Assembly (NCBI GenBank): GCA_021852265.1
Contig: JAJZNV010000005.1
Span: 8,402-72,401, forward strand
Length of the DNA stretch: 64,000 bases
Source of the DNA: Nanobdellota archaeon
GTDB lineage: Archaea; Nanobdellota; Nanobdellia; Parvarchaeales; Parvarchaeaceae
Direction of reading: 5' to 3'
Made by a program: the position numbers and the translations under genes. The notes under the pieces are model-generated. The model worked only from the letters and a program-made list of their open reading frames with translations, did not search any database and had not been told where the DNA came from. Within the stretch, counting starts at the first letter, position 1. The number at the start of each line of letters is the position of its first letter. Positions 37,554-46,778 of the stretch are shown here, one piece after another.

Positions 37554-38696
37554 ATGGACCTTATATTAGAAGGGTTATTTATATTTTTTGTGATTGTTAC
37601 GACTCCGTTTACTCTTTTTCAGTTAGTACTTATTGTACGTAATAGGAAAGTTCTAAATAAAAAAATACCCCCTCCTCAATCTGGCAGGCGTATACTAGCT
37701 GTAATTGCGACTCTTGGTAAAGCAGATGATGTAGTGTTTCAAATCGTAAAACAACTCAAATCATATAATTTTAAGAATTTATACATATACATATTAGTTG
37801 AGTACGATAATAAGACTGATTATGGCGTAAAATCTATTGTAGTTCCAAAGGACTATAAAACAGATCATCATTCTAAATCCAAACATAGAGCTTTACATTA
37901 TTTTTCAGAATGGCTTAAAAAAGAAGGATATGGCAAGGAAACCTATGTAGTGCATTTAGACGATGATTCTGTAGTTTCTAAAAAATATTTAGAGTATGTG
38001 ATGGGAATGACGGCCGAGGCCGGACAGGGGGCCATAAGACTTAGGACGTATGGACACCATCTTTTTTCTACTTTAGCCGATTTTGGTAGAGTTGTAGATT
38101 GCGATACTTACTGCGCATTTTTTAATTCGAGAAGTACTCCTTTTGGAGTGCATGGGGAAGGTTTGGTAATAAGAGCCGATGTAGAAGAAGAGATTGGTTG
38201 GGATTATCAACCTACAGTAGCCGAAGATTTTATAATGGGCCAAAATATTTACTCCAAAGGGTATAAGTTTGATTTTATTCCAGGAGGTATCTACATAGCA
38301 CCACCTACAAACACAAGAGACTTTTATAATCAAAGAAGACGTTGGCACCACCACTTTTTTGAGTCGATTCACCTAGGTTACAAATTACATAAAAGTGCTA
38401 CTGCTTGGTTTGCATATCAGTATTCAATGGGTTGGGCCATGGCATTGGGGCTAGGTATCTGGATTTATGTTCTTATAGCCAGACCTAGTATCTATCCTAT
38501 ATTATTCTATATAACCACTTTTAATTTAATAGTGTCTTTTGGATTGTACCAATACGCTGCATATTACATAAAAAAATTAAAATACCATCTACTTATGTTA
38601 TTACTTCAAATCCCAGTCACCGTATATTACTCATTAACATTTTTTTACTACCTCCTTAAAAAACCTAAGAGCGATATATACATAAAAAAAGTGTAA
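37554..38696 (+). CDS. Family 2 glycosyltransferase, membrane-embedded processive type (D,D,D,QxxRW)
   Basis: 380 aa. N-terminal TM helix, VVHLDDDSVV (DxD), QRRRWHHH (Q-x-x-R-W) and C-terminal TM helices. Casposon cargo. Confidence 0.7.
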   Translation: MDLILEGLFIFFVIVTTPFTLFQLVLIVRNRKVLNKKIPPPQSGRRILAVIATLGKADDVVFQIVKQLKSYNFKNLYIYILVEYDNKTDYGVKSIVVPKDYKTDHHSKSKHRALHYFSEWLKKEGYGKETYVVHLDDDSVVSKKYLEYVMGMTAEAGQGAIRLRTYGHHLFSTLADFGRVVDCDTYCAFFNSRSTPFGVHGEGLVIRADVEEEIGWDYQPTVAEDFIMGQNIYSKGYKFDFIPGGIYIAPPTNTRDFYNQRRRWHHHFFESIHLGYKLHKSATAWFAYQYSMGWAMALGLGIWIYVLIARPSIYPILFYITTFNLIVSFGLYQYAAYYIKKLKYHLLMLLLQIPVTVYYSLTFFYYLLKKPKSDIYIKKV

Positions 38697-38727
38697 AAGT
38701 TATTAATTAAAGCAGTTTATAAATTTA

Positions 38728-39411
38728 ATGTCAACAACTATATTTGGGAAGATATCTTTTCTTAATGGTCAAATCGCTAAATTATCAATGGGTTCTAAGA
38801 TATTGAATTATGGCGGAGGTAGCATAGACATCAAAAACGGTATTGTGACAATAATTTTCAATGATACGAAGGAAAAAACGTTATTTGAGTTATACCACAT
38901 ATCTTATGATTTAATTGATAATCTCCTTTTAGGCAATGAACTTAACCTAGACAGAGCCATTATATTCTTCCCGGAAAGTGTAGAAAGAGACGGAATACAG
39001 GAACAGTTTGATTGGGATGTTTTCGAAATAAAGGCCGAACAAGTTGATATAAGAGAATTTGGAATTTTCCTTGCGGGAGATCCTCTATTTAGACAAGCTG
39101 TAAGAAACTTCCATATTGGTTTACTTGATACACGTGATGCACCGGCTCATTTTTATAGGGCCATTGAAGTTTTAAGGATAAGAGTTGCAACTCCAAATCC
39201 TAATAATAGAAGCGCCGAATGGGAGGAATTTAAGTCTAAAATATGTTTAAACAAAGAAGAGAAAGCTGACTTAATTTGTATGAAGGAAATAGCAAAAAAT
39301 TATCGACATGGTGTTAGGCTGGAAAATATAGATCATTTAAAATGGGTAGAGTTTACTAAAAAATTAATAATAAAAACTTATAATTACCTAAAAAAACAGC
39401 AGGCTTTTTGA
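38728..39411 (+). CDS. Hypothetical protein (casposon)
   Basis: 227-aa ORF with no family recognised. Confidence 0.4.
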   Translation: MSTTIFGKISFLNGQIAKLSMGSKILNYGGGSIDIKNGIVTIIFNDTKEKTLFELYHISYDLIDNLLLGNELNLDRAIIFFPESVERDGIQEQFDWDVFEIKAEQVDIREFGIFLAGDPLFRQAVRNFHIGLLDTRDAPAHFYRAIEVLRIRVATPNPNNRSAEWEEFKSKICLNKEEKADLICMKEIAKNYRHGVRLENIDHLKWVEFTKKLIIKTYNYLKKQQAF

Positions 39412-39419
39412 ATTTCTTT

Positions 39420-39674
39420 TCACTTCTCCCCCCACTGTTTTAATATCCTATCTGCTTCAAGTTCTTTTTCATAAATCCAATTATCATTTATCTCTGATAT
39501 TAACCCGATTAATTTTGGCGATCTTTTGTAAGCCGTTTTAGTTGCAGCGTAAACTTCTAATATCTTAGTAAAAACTGCATCGGCGCTTCTGCTTTTACTA
39601 TCAAGCTTTATTTGCATTATTTTTCTCCAGTTCTCGTAAGACACTGTAATGTCTTTATAGCCATTTCTTCTCAT
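39420..39674 (-). CDS. Hypothetical small protein (casposon; possibly RHH-like)
   Basis: 84 aa. Last gene of the minus-strand polB operon. The beta-strand/helix pattern ITVSYENWRKIMQIKLD is only suggestive. Confidence 0.35.
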   Translation of the reverse strand: MRRNGYKDITVSYENWRKIMQIKLDSKSRSADAVFTKILEVYAATKTAYKRSPKLIGLISEINDNWIYEKELEADRILKQWGEK

Positions 39675-39703
39675 ATTTTATGTTTTAAAGCCTAGTATTT
39701 TAA

Positions 39704-40138
39704 TCAGATTTCACCTTTTTTTATCAAGTCAGTCAATGCCCTTCCCTGCGTGTCAAGGAAATCCCTTCTCTGTTTCGCATCTGGATCTATCTTAGCCGAA
39801 GTTTTGTCTAAAACGTCCGTGTTTCTGAAGCGCAGTACGACATCGTCATCAAGCTTCTTCATAGAGGTATAATGCAGGTTTCTAAGTTTATCTGCGCAGT
39901 AGATACAGAACTTGCTGAATGGCACCATACTCTTATAGTTTTTTGATTTTATTGCGTCAGTCTTTGATAGTAGGTCTATTGCTTCATAGTAATCGGAGCT
40001 AGTTACTACAAAGTCCAGTGGGCGTCTTTTTTCCAGGTATACAATCACAAGCGCTTTGTACCATATCCTGTCTTTCGATTCAATCATATACTCATTCAAT
40101 GAACCGAATAATACGTTTTCAGGATCTTTATCTCTCAT
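39704..40138 (-). CDS. Hypothetical protein (casposon)
   Basis: 144 aa. Overlaps the polB 3' end by 11 nt, which suggests translational coupling. Confidence 0.4.
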   Translation of the reverse strand: MRDKDPENVLFGSLNEYMIESKDRIWYKALVIVYLEKRRPLDFVVTSSDYYEAIDLLSKTDAIKSKNYKSMVPFSKFCIYCADKLRNLHYTSMKKLDDDVVLRFRNTDVLDKTSAKIDPDAKQRRDFLDTQGRALTDLIKKGEI

Positions 40139-42836
40139 ATACCGCCTTGCTTTTTTGGCATCCCATCTTTGGATTTAAATCCATGTATGCCTGTATCCGT
40201 TTTATTATCTTACCCATCCTTCTGAATGGTTCTTGCTGTTTCCTTATCTGATAATACCTTCTTTTAGATATCCCTAGTCTGATTCTGTCGGTTTCTGTCA
40301 GCTCTCTCGCTTTTTCGGCCAGGTCCTCATATACTGTATAACTTCCATCTAAAACACCTACTACCTCGGACTCTTCCAGTTCATTGCTTTCTTTTCCTAT
40401 GTATTTTGTACTAGATGAGCAGAATATTACATGCTTTCTGCTTAGTTCTCCTATGTCTCCTTTAAACTTGCTCTCTGGGTGCTTCCAGTAATCCCATACC
40501 ACCTCTTCTATGGGCGTCCAGTATAATTGTGTATCCTGCTCGTATAATTTCCCACTCTTATAATCTATGAAAGGTTCATAGACTAAACTATTAAATGACT
40601 CTTTACTGCTGTTGACAAATGAATGAACTGGTATTATTGGCTCGTTAGTTTCAGGATCACGCCTACAGGATCTGCCCACCAAAACGAAATTGAACGGCCT
40701 TATAATCCCGAGCTTGGAAAATCTCTTTATTATTGACGGCTTTGTTACATTCAGCTCTGAAATCGCAAACTTACCTGAGTATTTTCGCACTATTTCATTA
40801 GGCCCTGTATTATTCAGTTCAATTTTCAGGATATCCTCCCAAATCTCTTTATTTTGAATGCCTTCTAGGTTTCCTAGCCCATGGGACGATGATGTGCGTA
40901 TAATTGGATTACCGTTTATGGTATCAAATAGAGCGTATCTCTTTGCTGATATACCATAGAAATTGACGTTTTCCAATGGTCTTCCATCCTCATCTTTCTC
41001 TACTTTAAACATGTCTGTTTCATGTTCATATGGGTTCAAAGGCTTGAAAAAGCTTTGTATTAGGTCTTTATGCTGCGGAGAGATCATTACGCTGTCTGTG
41101 TCGCAGTAAGCAAGGTACCCGCCGTTTCTTTTCAGCAGCGCTTCCGCTATACCCAAAACCAATCTAGAGGCTGATGTAAGCATAGTAGCTATGAGTGGAT
41201 TAAATTTAGAACCTGGTTTTTCAAGTCTATTCACCTTGCATATAAATTTCTTTAGGCCGTATACATCAACATTCTTATATTTTTCCAGTGGTTCAATGTC
41301 CAACTCTACGAAGATCCCGTAAGACATGGCATTAACTATGGTTTTTATCGCTTTCTGTTTAATAGTCAGCTGCCTTATCTCATTTTTATCCTTGGATATG
41401 CCTGCTTTGCGCTTTATCTCTAGTCTTTCATCTATTAGCTTCCGGACTATATTCTCTTCGGGACTTATAGTTATATCATCCATTATGTTTATCTCTCTAA
41501 GGCTATTTTGAACACCCTCACGCAGAAACTTTATAGCCGTTTTTATCTTTGGGACTTTGCCCGATAAGAATTTATCAGCTACCAGATCGGCAAGACTGTA
41601 CCATAAAGCCGTGCCGTCTGAAGAACTGACTACATTAAGCCCTATCGTATATGCATTCCTCCCATCATAATTGGATCTTATAGGCAATATATCGGAATCT
41701 GGGACTATCTCGCATATCACTGGAAGGCGTTTCCAAGTGCCTTTATCCATGAAATCTTCAATTTTTACAATTTCTAAGAAGGACTGAGTCTCGGCTGTCG
41801 CATCTTCATACCTTATCTTTTCAGCTTTTAGGAATGAGTCCATGTCTGTCAGAGTATAAACAGAAGGGTACATCGAAGTAAAGTCAAGATATGTTACTTT
41901 TGATGGCAATTTTCGGATTTTTACTTCTGTCCTACCCCCATAATATGTAGTCATAATATAACCCAATAGCTCTTTTGGAAAGTCTTTATTCTGCTCCATA
42001 AAGGGTTTTATACCGTAATTTTTAAGGTATGCTTTGGCCAGAGATGCCGGTGAGAGCAGCCTTTCGGGCGGTATATCAAGCATAAAGGTTGAGTATCTTT
42101 CCGTTAGCTTCTTATATAATTCGTAGGTAACATCCACATCGTTAATGTTATAAGCTATGTAATCTGGTGTTATTCTGCCGTGTCCATTTGGATGCGTCTT
42201 CCTGGAAATGCAGTCAAAATCCTCAGCGGCTGACTCAAGCGAGTAGCTTTTGCTTGTCAATGCAAATGCAAATGTCCTTAGATCCAGAAATCTTCCTCTG
42301 TAATATTCATATTCCTCATCTCTTTTGTCTCGGGGGGCAGTTATAGAATAAAATGACCTCTTTGAATCAAGGCTCTTTATATCTATCCTAGGCATTGTGG
42401 GATTTTTGGACAGGATAAAGGAGAACCCCCCTTTCAATGATTTTCTAGCTTCTCCGTATCTTATTGCGAGTCTGGATATGTCAAACGGCAAGTTAAACCC
42501 GACACAGAGGGCCTTTGCATTGTAAACGTAAGGCAGGAATATCCTATCAACAAAATCCGATCTGTTCATTAAAGTGAGATCATTTTCTAATGCGTATTGC
42601 TCTATTGTTTTTACATCATCTGTTTTTAAATCATCCGCGTAGAATAAGTATACAGCAAGGAGTTTGTCAGAAATGAATATCTTGCATGTTCCAAACAGCA
42701 GTTTCTGTTCTTTGTCTGTAGTAGTTTCCGTATCAAAAACAAGGATTATGTCGGTACTATAACAAAATCGCTTATCTGGTTTATCTACCAATTCAATAGG
42801 GGCATACGCCCTTAGCACTACAGTTTCATTAACCAT
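40128..42836 (-). CDS. polB: Family B DNA polymerase (casposon-encoded)
   Basis: 902 aa. ExoI LVFDTET, ExoII GFNLPFD, ExoIII YNINDVDVTYELY, Pol A YLDFTSMYPS, Pol B KTIVNAMSYGIF, Pol C YCDTDSV, KxY SAKRYALF. Confidence 0.9.
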   Translation of the reverse strand: MVNETVVLRAYAPIELVDKPDKRFCYSTDIILVFDTETTTDKEQKLLFGTCKIFISDKLLAVYLFYADDLKTDDVKTIEQYALENDLTLMNRSDFVDRIFLPYVYNAKALCVGFNLPFDISRLAIRYGEARKSLKGGFSFILSKNPTMPRIDIKSLDSKRSFYSITAPRDKRDEEYEYYRGRFLDLRTFAFALTSKSYSLESAAEDFDCISRKTHPNGHGRITPDYIAYNINDVDVTYELYKKLTERYSTFMLDIPPERLLSPASLAKAYLKNYGIKPFMEQNKDFPKELLGYIMTTYYGGRTEVKIRKLPSKVTYLDFTSMYPSVYTLTDMDSFLKAEKIRYEDATAETQSFLEIVKIEDFMDKGTWKRLPVICEIVPDSDILPIRSNYDGRNAYTIGLNVVSSSDGTALWYSLADLVADKFLSGKVPKIKTAIKFLREGVQNSLREINIMDDITISPEENIVRKLIDERLEIKRKAGISKDKNEIRQLTIKQKAIKTIVNAMSYGIFVELDIEPLEKYKNVDVYGLKKFICKVNRLEKPGSKFNPLIATMLTSASRLVLGIAEALLKRNGGYLAYCDTDSVMISPQHKDLIQSFFKPLNPYEHETDMFKVEKDEDGRPLENVNFYGISAKRYALFDTINGNPIIRTSSSHGLGNLEGIQNKEIWEDILKIELNNTGPNEIVRKYSGKFAISELNVTKPSIIKRFSKLGIIRPFNFVLVGRSCRRDPETNEPIIPVHSFVNSSKESFNSLVYEPFIDYKSGKLYEQDTQLYWTPIEEVVWDYWKHPESKFKGDIGELSRKHVIFCSSSTKYIGKESNELEESEVVGVLDGSYTVYEDLAEKARELTETDRIRLGISKRRYYQIRKQQEPFRRMGKIIKRIQAYMDLNPKMGCQKSKAVYER

Positions 42837-43302
42837 GCTTGTCTGCCCCCAGTAAAGTTGATATCGTGTAACATAAAGAGTTTGACAAGAATAATGCAGA
42901 AGCTTCGTTTAGTTTTACGTACCGAAGCATTAATATGTCGGATATTCCCTGTAGTAAAAAGGCATTTCTAACGTTTTCTGTTTGATCGGCAAGCTCCCAT
43001 CTTTTGTCCCATACCATCTGCCTTTTTGATAGTTCCTGGTGGCATGATTTACACACGGTTAAGACTATATTCGGGTTATGCTTCCATCCGGACGGATGGT
43101 GCAGTTCTGAATCATTATCTTTTATCAGTTTGTCGCATACCTTACAGATTGGGCTACGGAGAAATTCCTCATTATTGGATATTATAAAATTAATAAGTTT
43201 AATTAAATCAGACAGCTCTTTAGATAGGTTTTTAATATAATCCTCTTCAGCTTTCTTTAATTCAGAATTCAATTTTACCAGTAAACTTTCAGTCGGTGGC
43301 AT
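42829..43302 (-). CDS. HNH-type nuclease-like protein (casposon)
   Basis: 157 aa. CKVCDKLI...ELHHPSGWKHNPNIVLTVCKSCHQELS is an HNH-like CxxC...HH...N...CxxCH arrangement. Overlaps the polB start by 8 nt. Confidence 0.6.
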   Translation of the reverse strand: MPPTESLLVKLNSELKKAEEDYIKNLSKELSDLIKLINFIISNNEEFLRSPICKVCDKLIKDNDSELHHPSGWKHNPNIVLTVCKSCHQELSKRQMVWDKRWELADQTENVRNAFLLQGISDILMLRYVKLNEASALFLSNSLCYTISTLLGADKHG

Positions 43303-43966
43303 AGATGGAATAAAATTCAGGCTCCTCCCTCCTCTCCACTATTTCGAGAATCTTTTTCAGATCAGTTTCAAATGGATAAAACTTTAGATTTGAATCGAAA
43401 ACTCCACGGTTCTTAAATGCTTCTAACCTTTCTGGTTCGTTTTTGAAAATGAACCAGCGAACCGCATCAAGATATTGTCCAAGCAAAGATGCCTCTCTAG
43501 AATTATTTAGTTCAATTATAAGATCATTAGAATTTGAATATATGTGCATTATTCTTGGTATCTCGTCACTTGGATTAACAATCCATTTATTGCCCACTTT
43601 ACGGAAAGCGCCTGTGGCTCTTACAACATCAGAAAACTTAATGCCGTTGCTTTTAGCTATTTGAACAGGATCTCTATCTGGAAAGCGCCTAGATTCACTT
43701 ACGACTTTAAGGGCCATTTCTCTTTGTATTTTTTGCTTTGATGTCAACTTATTCCAAGGTCGCTGGTATAACGGCTTTCTTTTAGGATACCTTAAAGGAT
43801 TAGAGCCGTGTCCTCTTAGTTCCCTTAAAGTCGCATTCGGATATTTTGCATGTGCTTTTATAATGCGCTGAACGTATGGGCTGTTTGGATTCTTTTGCGC
43901 CGCTAACCACTCTTCAAACGTCCGAAACCTCCCAGAGAGCCCCATGATTAATATCTGGTCTCCCAT
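43289..43966 (-). CDS. Hypothetical protein (casposon, first gene of polB operon)
   Basis: 225 aa. Overlaps the downstream HNH gene by 14 nt. No family recognised. Confidence 0.4.
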   Translation of the reverse strand: MGDQILIMGLSGRFRTFEEWLAAQKNPNSPYVQRIIKAHAKYPNATLRELRGHGSNPLRYPKRKPLYQRPWNKLTSKQKIQREMALKVVSESRRFPDRDPVQIAKSNGIKFSDVVRATGAFRKVGNKWIVNPSDEIPRIMHIYSNSNDLIIELNNSREASLLGQYLDAVRWFIFKNEPERLEAFKNRGVFDSNLKFYPFETDLKKILEIVERREEPEFYSIYATD

Positions 43967-43975
43967 GAATAAATA

Positions 43976-44004
43976 CGTTATAGCGTACTTAGTTCGTTAT
44001 AGCG
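43976..44004. promoter_or_regulatory. Two copies of CGTTATAGCG (43976-43985, 43995-44004) in the 66-bp divergent promoter region; candidate operator
   Basis: Direct 10-mers 19 bp apart, between the divergent operons. A TATA-like tatttata follows at about 44011-44018. Confidence 0.3.
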
Positions 44005-44032
44005 AAAAGTATTTATAGGTGGGATAACTTAA

Positions 44033-45097
44033 GTGTATATGGTAAATAATAATAAGACACTTAAAAAGATAGAAAATAAATATGAGATTTTGGGGTACTT
44101 ATTTTCCAAGTCTAATCCAGTAACTTCGGCCGATTTGATTAAAGAAATACGCGGTATGAAGAGAACTGCATTTTTTAGTAATTTAAGAGATTTGGTAGAT
44201 AAAGGATATGTCTCTAAAACATATATAAATGGGGGTCCGGTCTATACACTGACACCTAAAGGAATAGATTACTACAAAAAAGATGTTTGGAGGGTCATAT
44301 CAGACCTTATGAGTTTCCAAGAGTATGACTATGGGGGGGATAATGATTCAGGCTTGCATACAATGTTTCAAGGTGTTTATTTTAATATTTTTCAATCTAG
44401 TGGAAAATCAGCACTTTTAGATTTAAAGAAAAGTAGTGATGAGATAAAAGATTCAATAATAAACCGTATATCTAATCAGATAAAAATGGCTTTAAACGCA
44501 AAAACTCTGCCTAAAGTGAATCCTGGAGCTAAAGTGATATTCGCTTTAGATATAGACTATGAACAAATGTACCAAAGGATAAATACACTAAGAATATTTA
44601 TAGATGATCTAAATGAGGATGTTTCTTATATCTTTAAAGATACAAGGCTTGGTTTCTTTCATGAGGAGGATAAAAGGCGATTTAATCTTGAGATGTTATT
44701 TAAGATCTTATCCGAATTGGAAAATTTTCTTGGTAAGAGCATCGAAAAGAAGATAAATAAGCTTCTTGATTACATATCTGATAATGAAGAGGAGTTCTTG
44801 GAATTTATAAACGGCGCTTTAGATACGGAGCTGTTAAACTGTGTAATAGAAGATGTCCGAAAAAATAAGCATCCCTTGGATGATCCGGAGATAAAAAATA
44901 AGCTTGTTGAAGTAGAGCTTACTCCTGGTAAATTTGGTGTTCGCATCTTAACTGGAACTTATCTAGATGTCGCGCTTTATCTTTTACATAAAAATAAAGA
45001 ATTAGTAGCTAAAATAGAAAAGTTTACAAAAGAAAATCGTGATAAAGAAGATGATATTGTGAAAAATATCTTAAAAAACGGGGTAAGAAAAGTATGA
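44033..45097 (+). CDS. Winged-helix DNA-binding protein (casposon)
   Basis: 354 aa. N-terminal wHTH ILGYLFSKSNPVTSADLIKEIRGMKRTAFFSNLRDLVDKGYVSKTYINGGPVYTLTPKG. ATG at 44039 is an alternative start. ATGA overlap with cas1. Confidence 0.55.
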   Translation: MYMVNNNKTLKKIENKYEILGYLFSKSNPVTSADLIKEIRGMKRTAFFSNLRDLVDKGYVSKTYINGGPVYTLTPKGIDYYKKDVWRVISDLMSFQEYDYGGDNDSGLHTMFQGVYFNIFQSSGKSALLDLKKSSDEIKDSIINRISNQIKMALNAKTLPKVNPGAKVIFALDIDYEQMYQRINTLRIFIDDLNEDVSYIFKDTRLGFFHEEDKRRFNLEMLFKILSELENFLGKSIEKKINKLLDYISDNEEEFLEFINGALDTELLNCVIEDVRKNKHPLDDPEIKNKLVEVELTPGKFGVRILTGTYLDVALYLLHKNKELVAKIEKFTKENRDKEDDIVKNILKNGVRKV

Positions 45098-46272
45098 AAC
45101 CGCTATTAATCTCTGGTTTTGGGAGCTTCTTAAGCGTTGACAGGCGCAAACTAATAGTTTACAATACTTTTACTAAAGAAAAGTTTGAATTTTACCCCCA
45201 TCAGATAGAATATGATACAATAATAATAGACGGCCACTCTGGCGCTGTATCCTTTGATGCAATGAGATGGATAGCCAAGCATGATATAGCTTTAACCCTG
45301 CTGAATTGGAATGGGAATGTTCTTAGCACTCTGCAGCCTAAAGAGCCAGTTTCTGGAAAGCTTAAAATTGCACAGTACAAATCTTATCTTAATAAAGAAA
45401 GGCGTATAAACCTAGCTTCAGAGATAATAAAAGCCAAAATAAACAAATCGTATGAAATACTGGAAAAACTCTCCGTATATTACAAAGATCTGAAAATAAA
45501 TGATGTAAAAGCAAGCTTCGATAAAGAAGCCAGTCAAACTAAATTAGAGAGTATTAACTATATAATGATGTACGAAGGAAGGGTAGCCGATTTATACTGG
45601 AAAAACATGGCTAAAATCTTTAATTATTTAGCTCCGGAATTCAATTTCAAGTCTAGAAAAGGGAAATCGTATTCCTGGAACATGAATGCATCCGATGAAA
45701 TAAATGCCATGCTAAACTACGGATATGCCATTTTGGAAACACTGGTTAGAAAATATGTAAATGCCATCGGATTGGATCAAGATATCGGATTCTTGCACGA
45801 ACTAGCTAATTCGAGGGCTAGCCTAATTTACGACTTGCAGGAATTGTACAGATGGGTAATAGATCTTAGTGTTATCCAGGTTTTAGAGGATAAGAAGCTT
45901 AAGAAGAGCGACTTCATAGTCACTGAGAACTATAATATAAGACTTAGGGAAAGTGCTGCAAAGATGCTAATAAATAAGATAAAAGTTAACTTCAATAGCA
46001 CGTCTGTTTACAAGGGCAAAAATAGGGCCTTGGAATTCACCTTACTGGACAACATAAGAAAGCTGGCCGATCATGTATCCGATAGATCAAATGTTCTTGA
46101 GTTTTACATTCCGGAGGTAAAGATTGACAGAAACGATGACATAGCGGTAAGAGATAAAATATTGAGCATTACGCCTGCTGAAAGGAAAAAGCTTAAGATA
46201 AACAAAAGCACATTATGGTACAGGCAGAAAGCTATAAAGAATAGAAAAAGGATTAAACTATACAAACAATGA
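45094..46272 (+). CDS. cas1: Cas1-family integrase (casposase) with C-terminal HTH
   Basis: 392 aa. Cas1 motifs MMYEGRVADLYW (Glu), NAMLNYGYAILE, GFLHE (His) and LIYDLQELYRW (Asp). Basic C-terminal HTH-like tail KINKSTLWYRQKAIKNRKR. Confidence 0.85.
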   Translation: MKPLLISGFGSFLSVDRRKLIVYNTFTKEKFEFYPHQIEYDTIIIDGHSGAVSFDAMRWIAKHDIALTLLNWNGNVLSTLQPKEPVSGKLKIAQYKSYLNKERRINLASEIIKAKINKSYEILEKLSVYYKDLKINDVKASFDKEASQTKLESINYIMMYEGRVADLYWKNMAKIFNYLAPEFNFKSRKGKSYSWNMNASDEINAMLNYGYAILETLVRKYVNAIGLDQDIGFLHELANSRASLIYDLQELYRWVIDLSVIQVLEDKKLKKSDFIVTENYNIRLRESAAKMLINKIKVNFNSTSVYKGKNRALEFTLLDNIRKLADHVSDRSNVLEFYIPEVKIDRNDDIAVRDKILSITPAERKKLKINKSTLWYRQKAIKNRKRIKLYKQ

Positions 46273-46287
46273 TAATTTAAACTATTT

Positions 46288-46704
46288 CTAAAATAATCTT
46301 GGAGGCCTACGTTCTTTTAAACCTGTAATTGGGTTAATCCAATACTCTCCTTTTTCTTTTTTATGTGCCCTTTTTTGTCGTATTTCTTTTACTCTATCAT
46401 CGTTAGTTTTTTGGGCATGACAAGTGGCACATAGTGCTTGTATATTTGATATGTCAGTTTCCCCTCCCTTTGAATGGGGTTTAATATGGTCGTATTGGGT
46501 AGCAGAGGGTATTAATTGTTTACCACATATCGCACATTTGCCATGCTGCCTTTCCCATACCTTGTTTTTTTCCGATTTACTTATTTGTCTTTTATGGTCC
46601 TTTTTATTAGATTTTGGACTTTGCCAGATAGAATTTAAGCCTAGGGAATTGTTCTTTTTTATTTTATTACCAAAAATATCATAATTACTGTCTAAAATAC
46701 CCAT
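46288..46704 (-). CDS. HNH endonuclease (casposon)
   Basis: 138 aa. HGKCAICGKQL...YDHIKPHSKGGETDISNIQALCATCHAQK is a canonical HNH motif. Confidence 0.8.
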   Translation of the reverse strand: MGILDSNYDIFGNKIKKNNSLGLNSIWQSPKSNKKDHKRQISKSEKNKVWERQHGKCAICGKQLIPSATQYDHIKPHSKGGETDISNIQALCATCHAQKTNDDRVKEIRQKRAHKKEKGEYWINPITGLKERRPPRLF

Positions 46705-46778
46705 TATCGATGTAGTATTTCTTTATTTAAATAAGTTTATGCCATTTCGGTTTCTCTAAAACTATGTTGTAACTATTT

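Noticed and set aside
45094-46272. Cas1 as part of a CRISPR-Cas adaptation module
   Set aside because: I found no direct-repeat/spacer array, cas2, cas4 or effector genes anywhere in the 64 kb. The gene lies inside a TIR/TSD-bounded element next to PolB, which fits a casposase instead.
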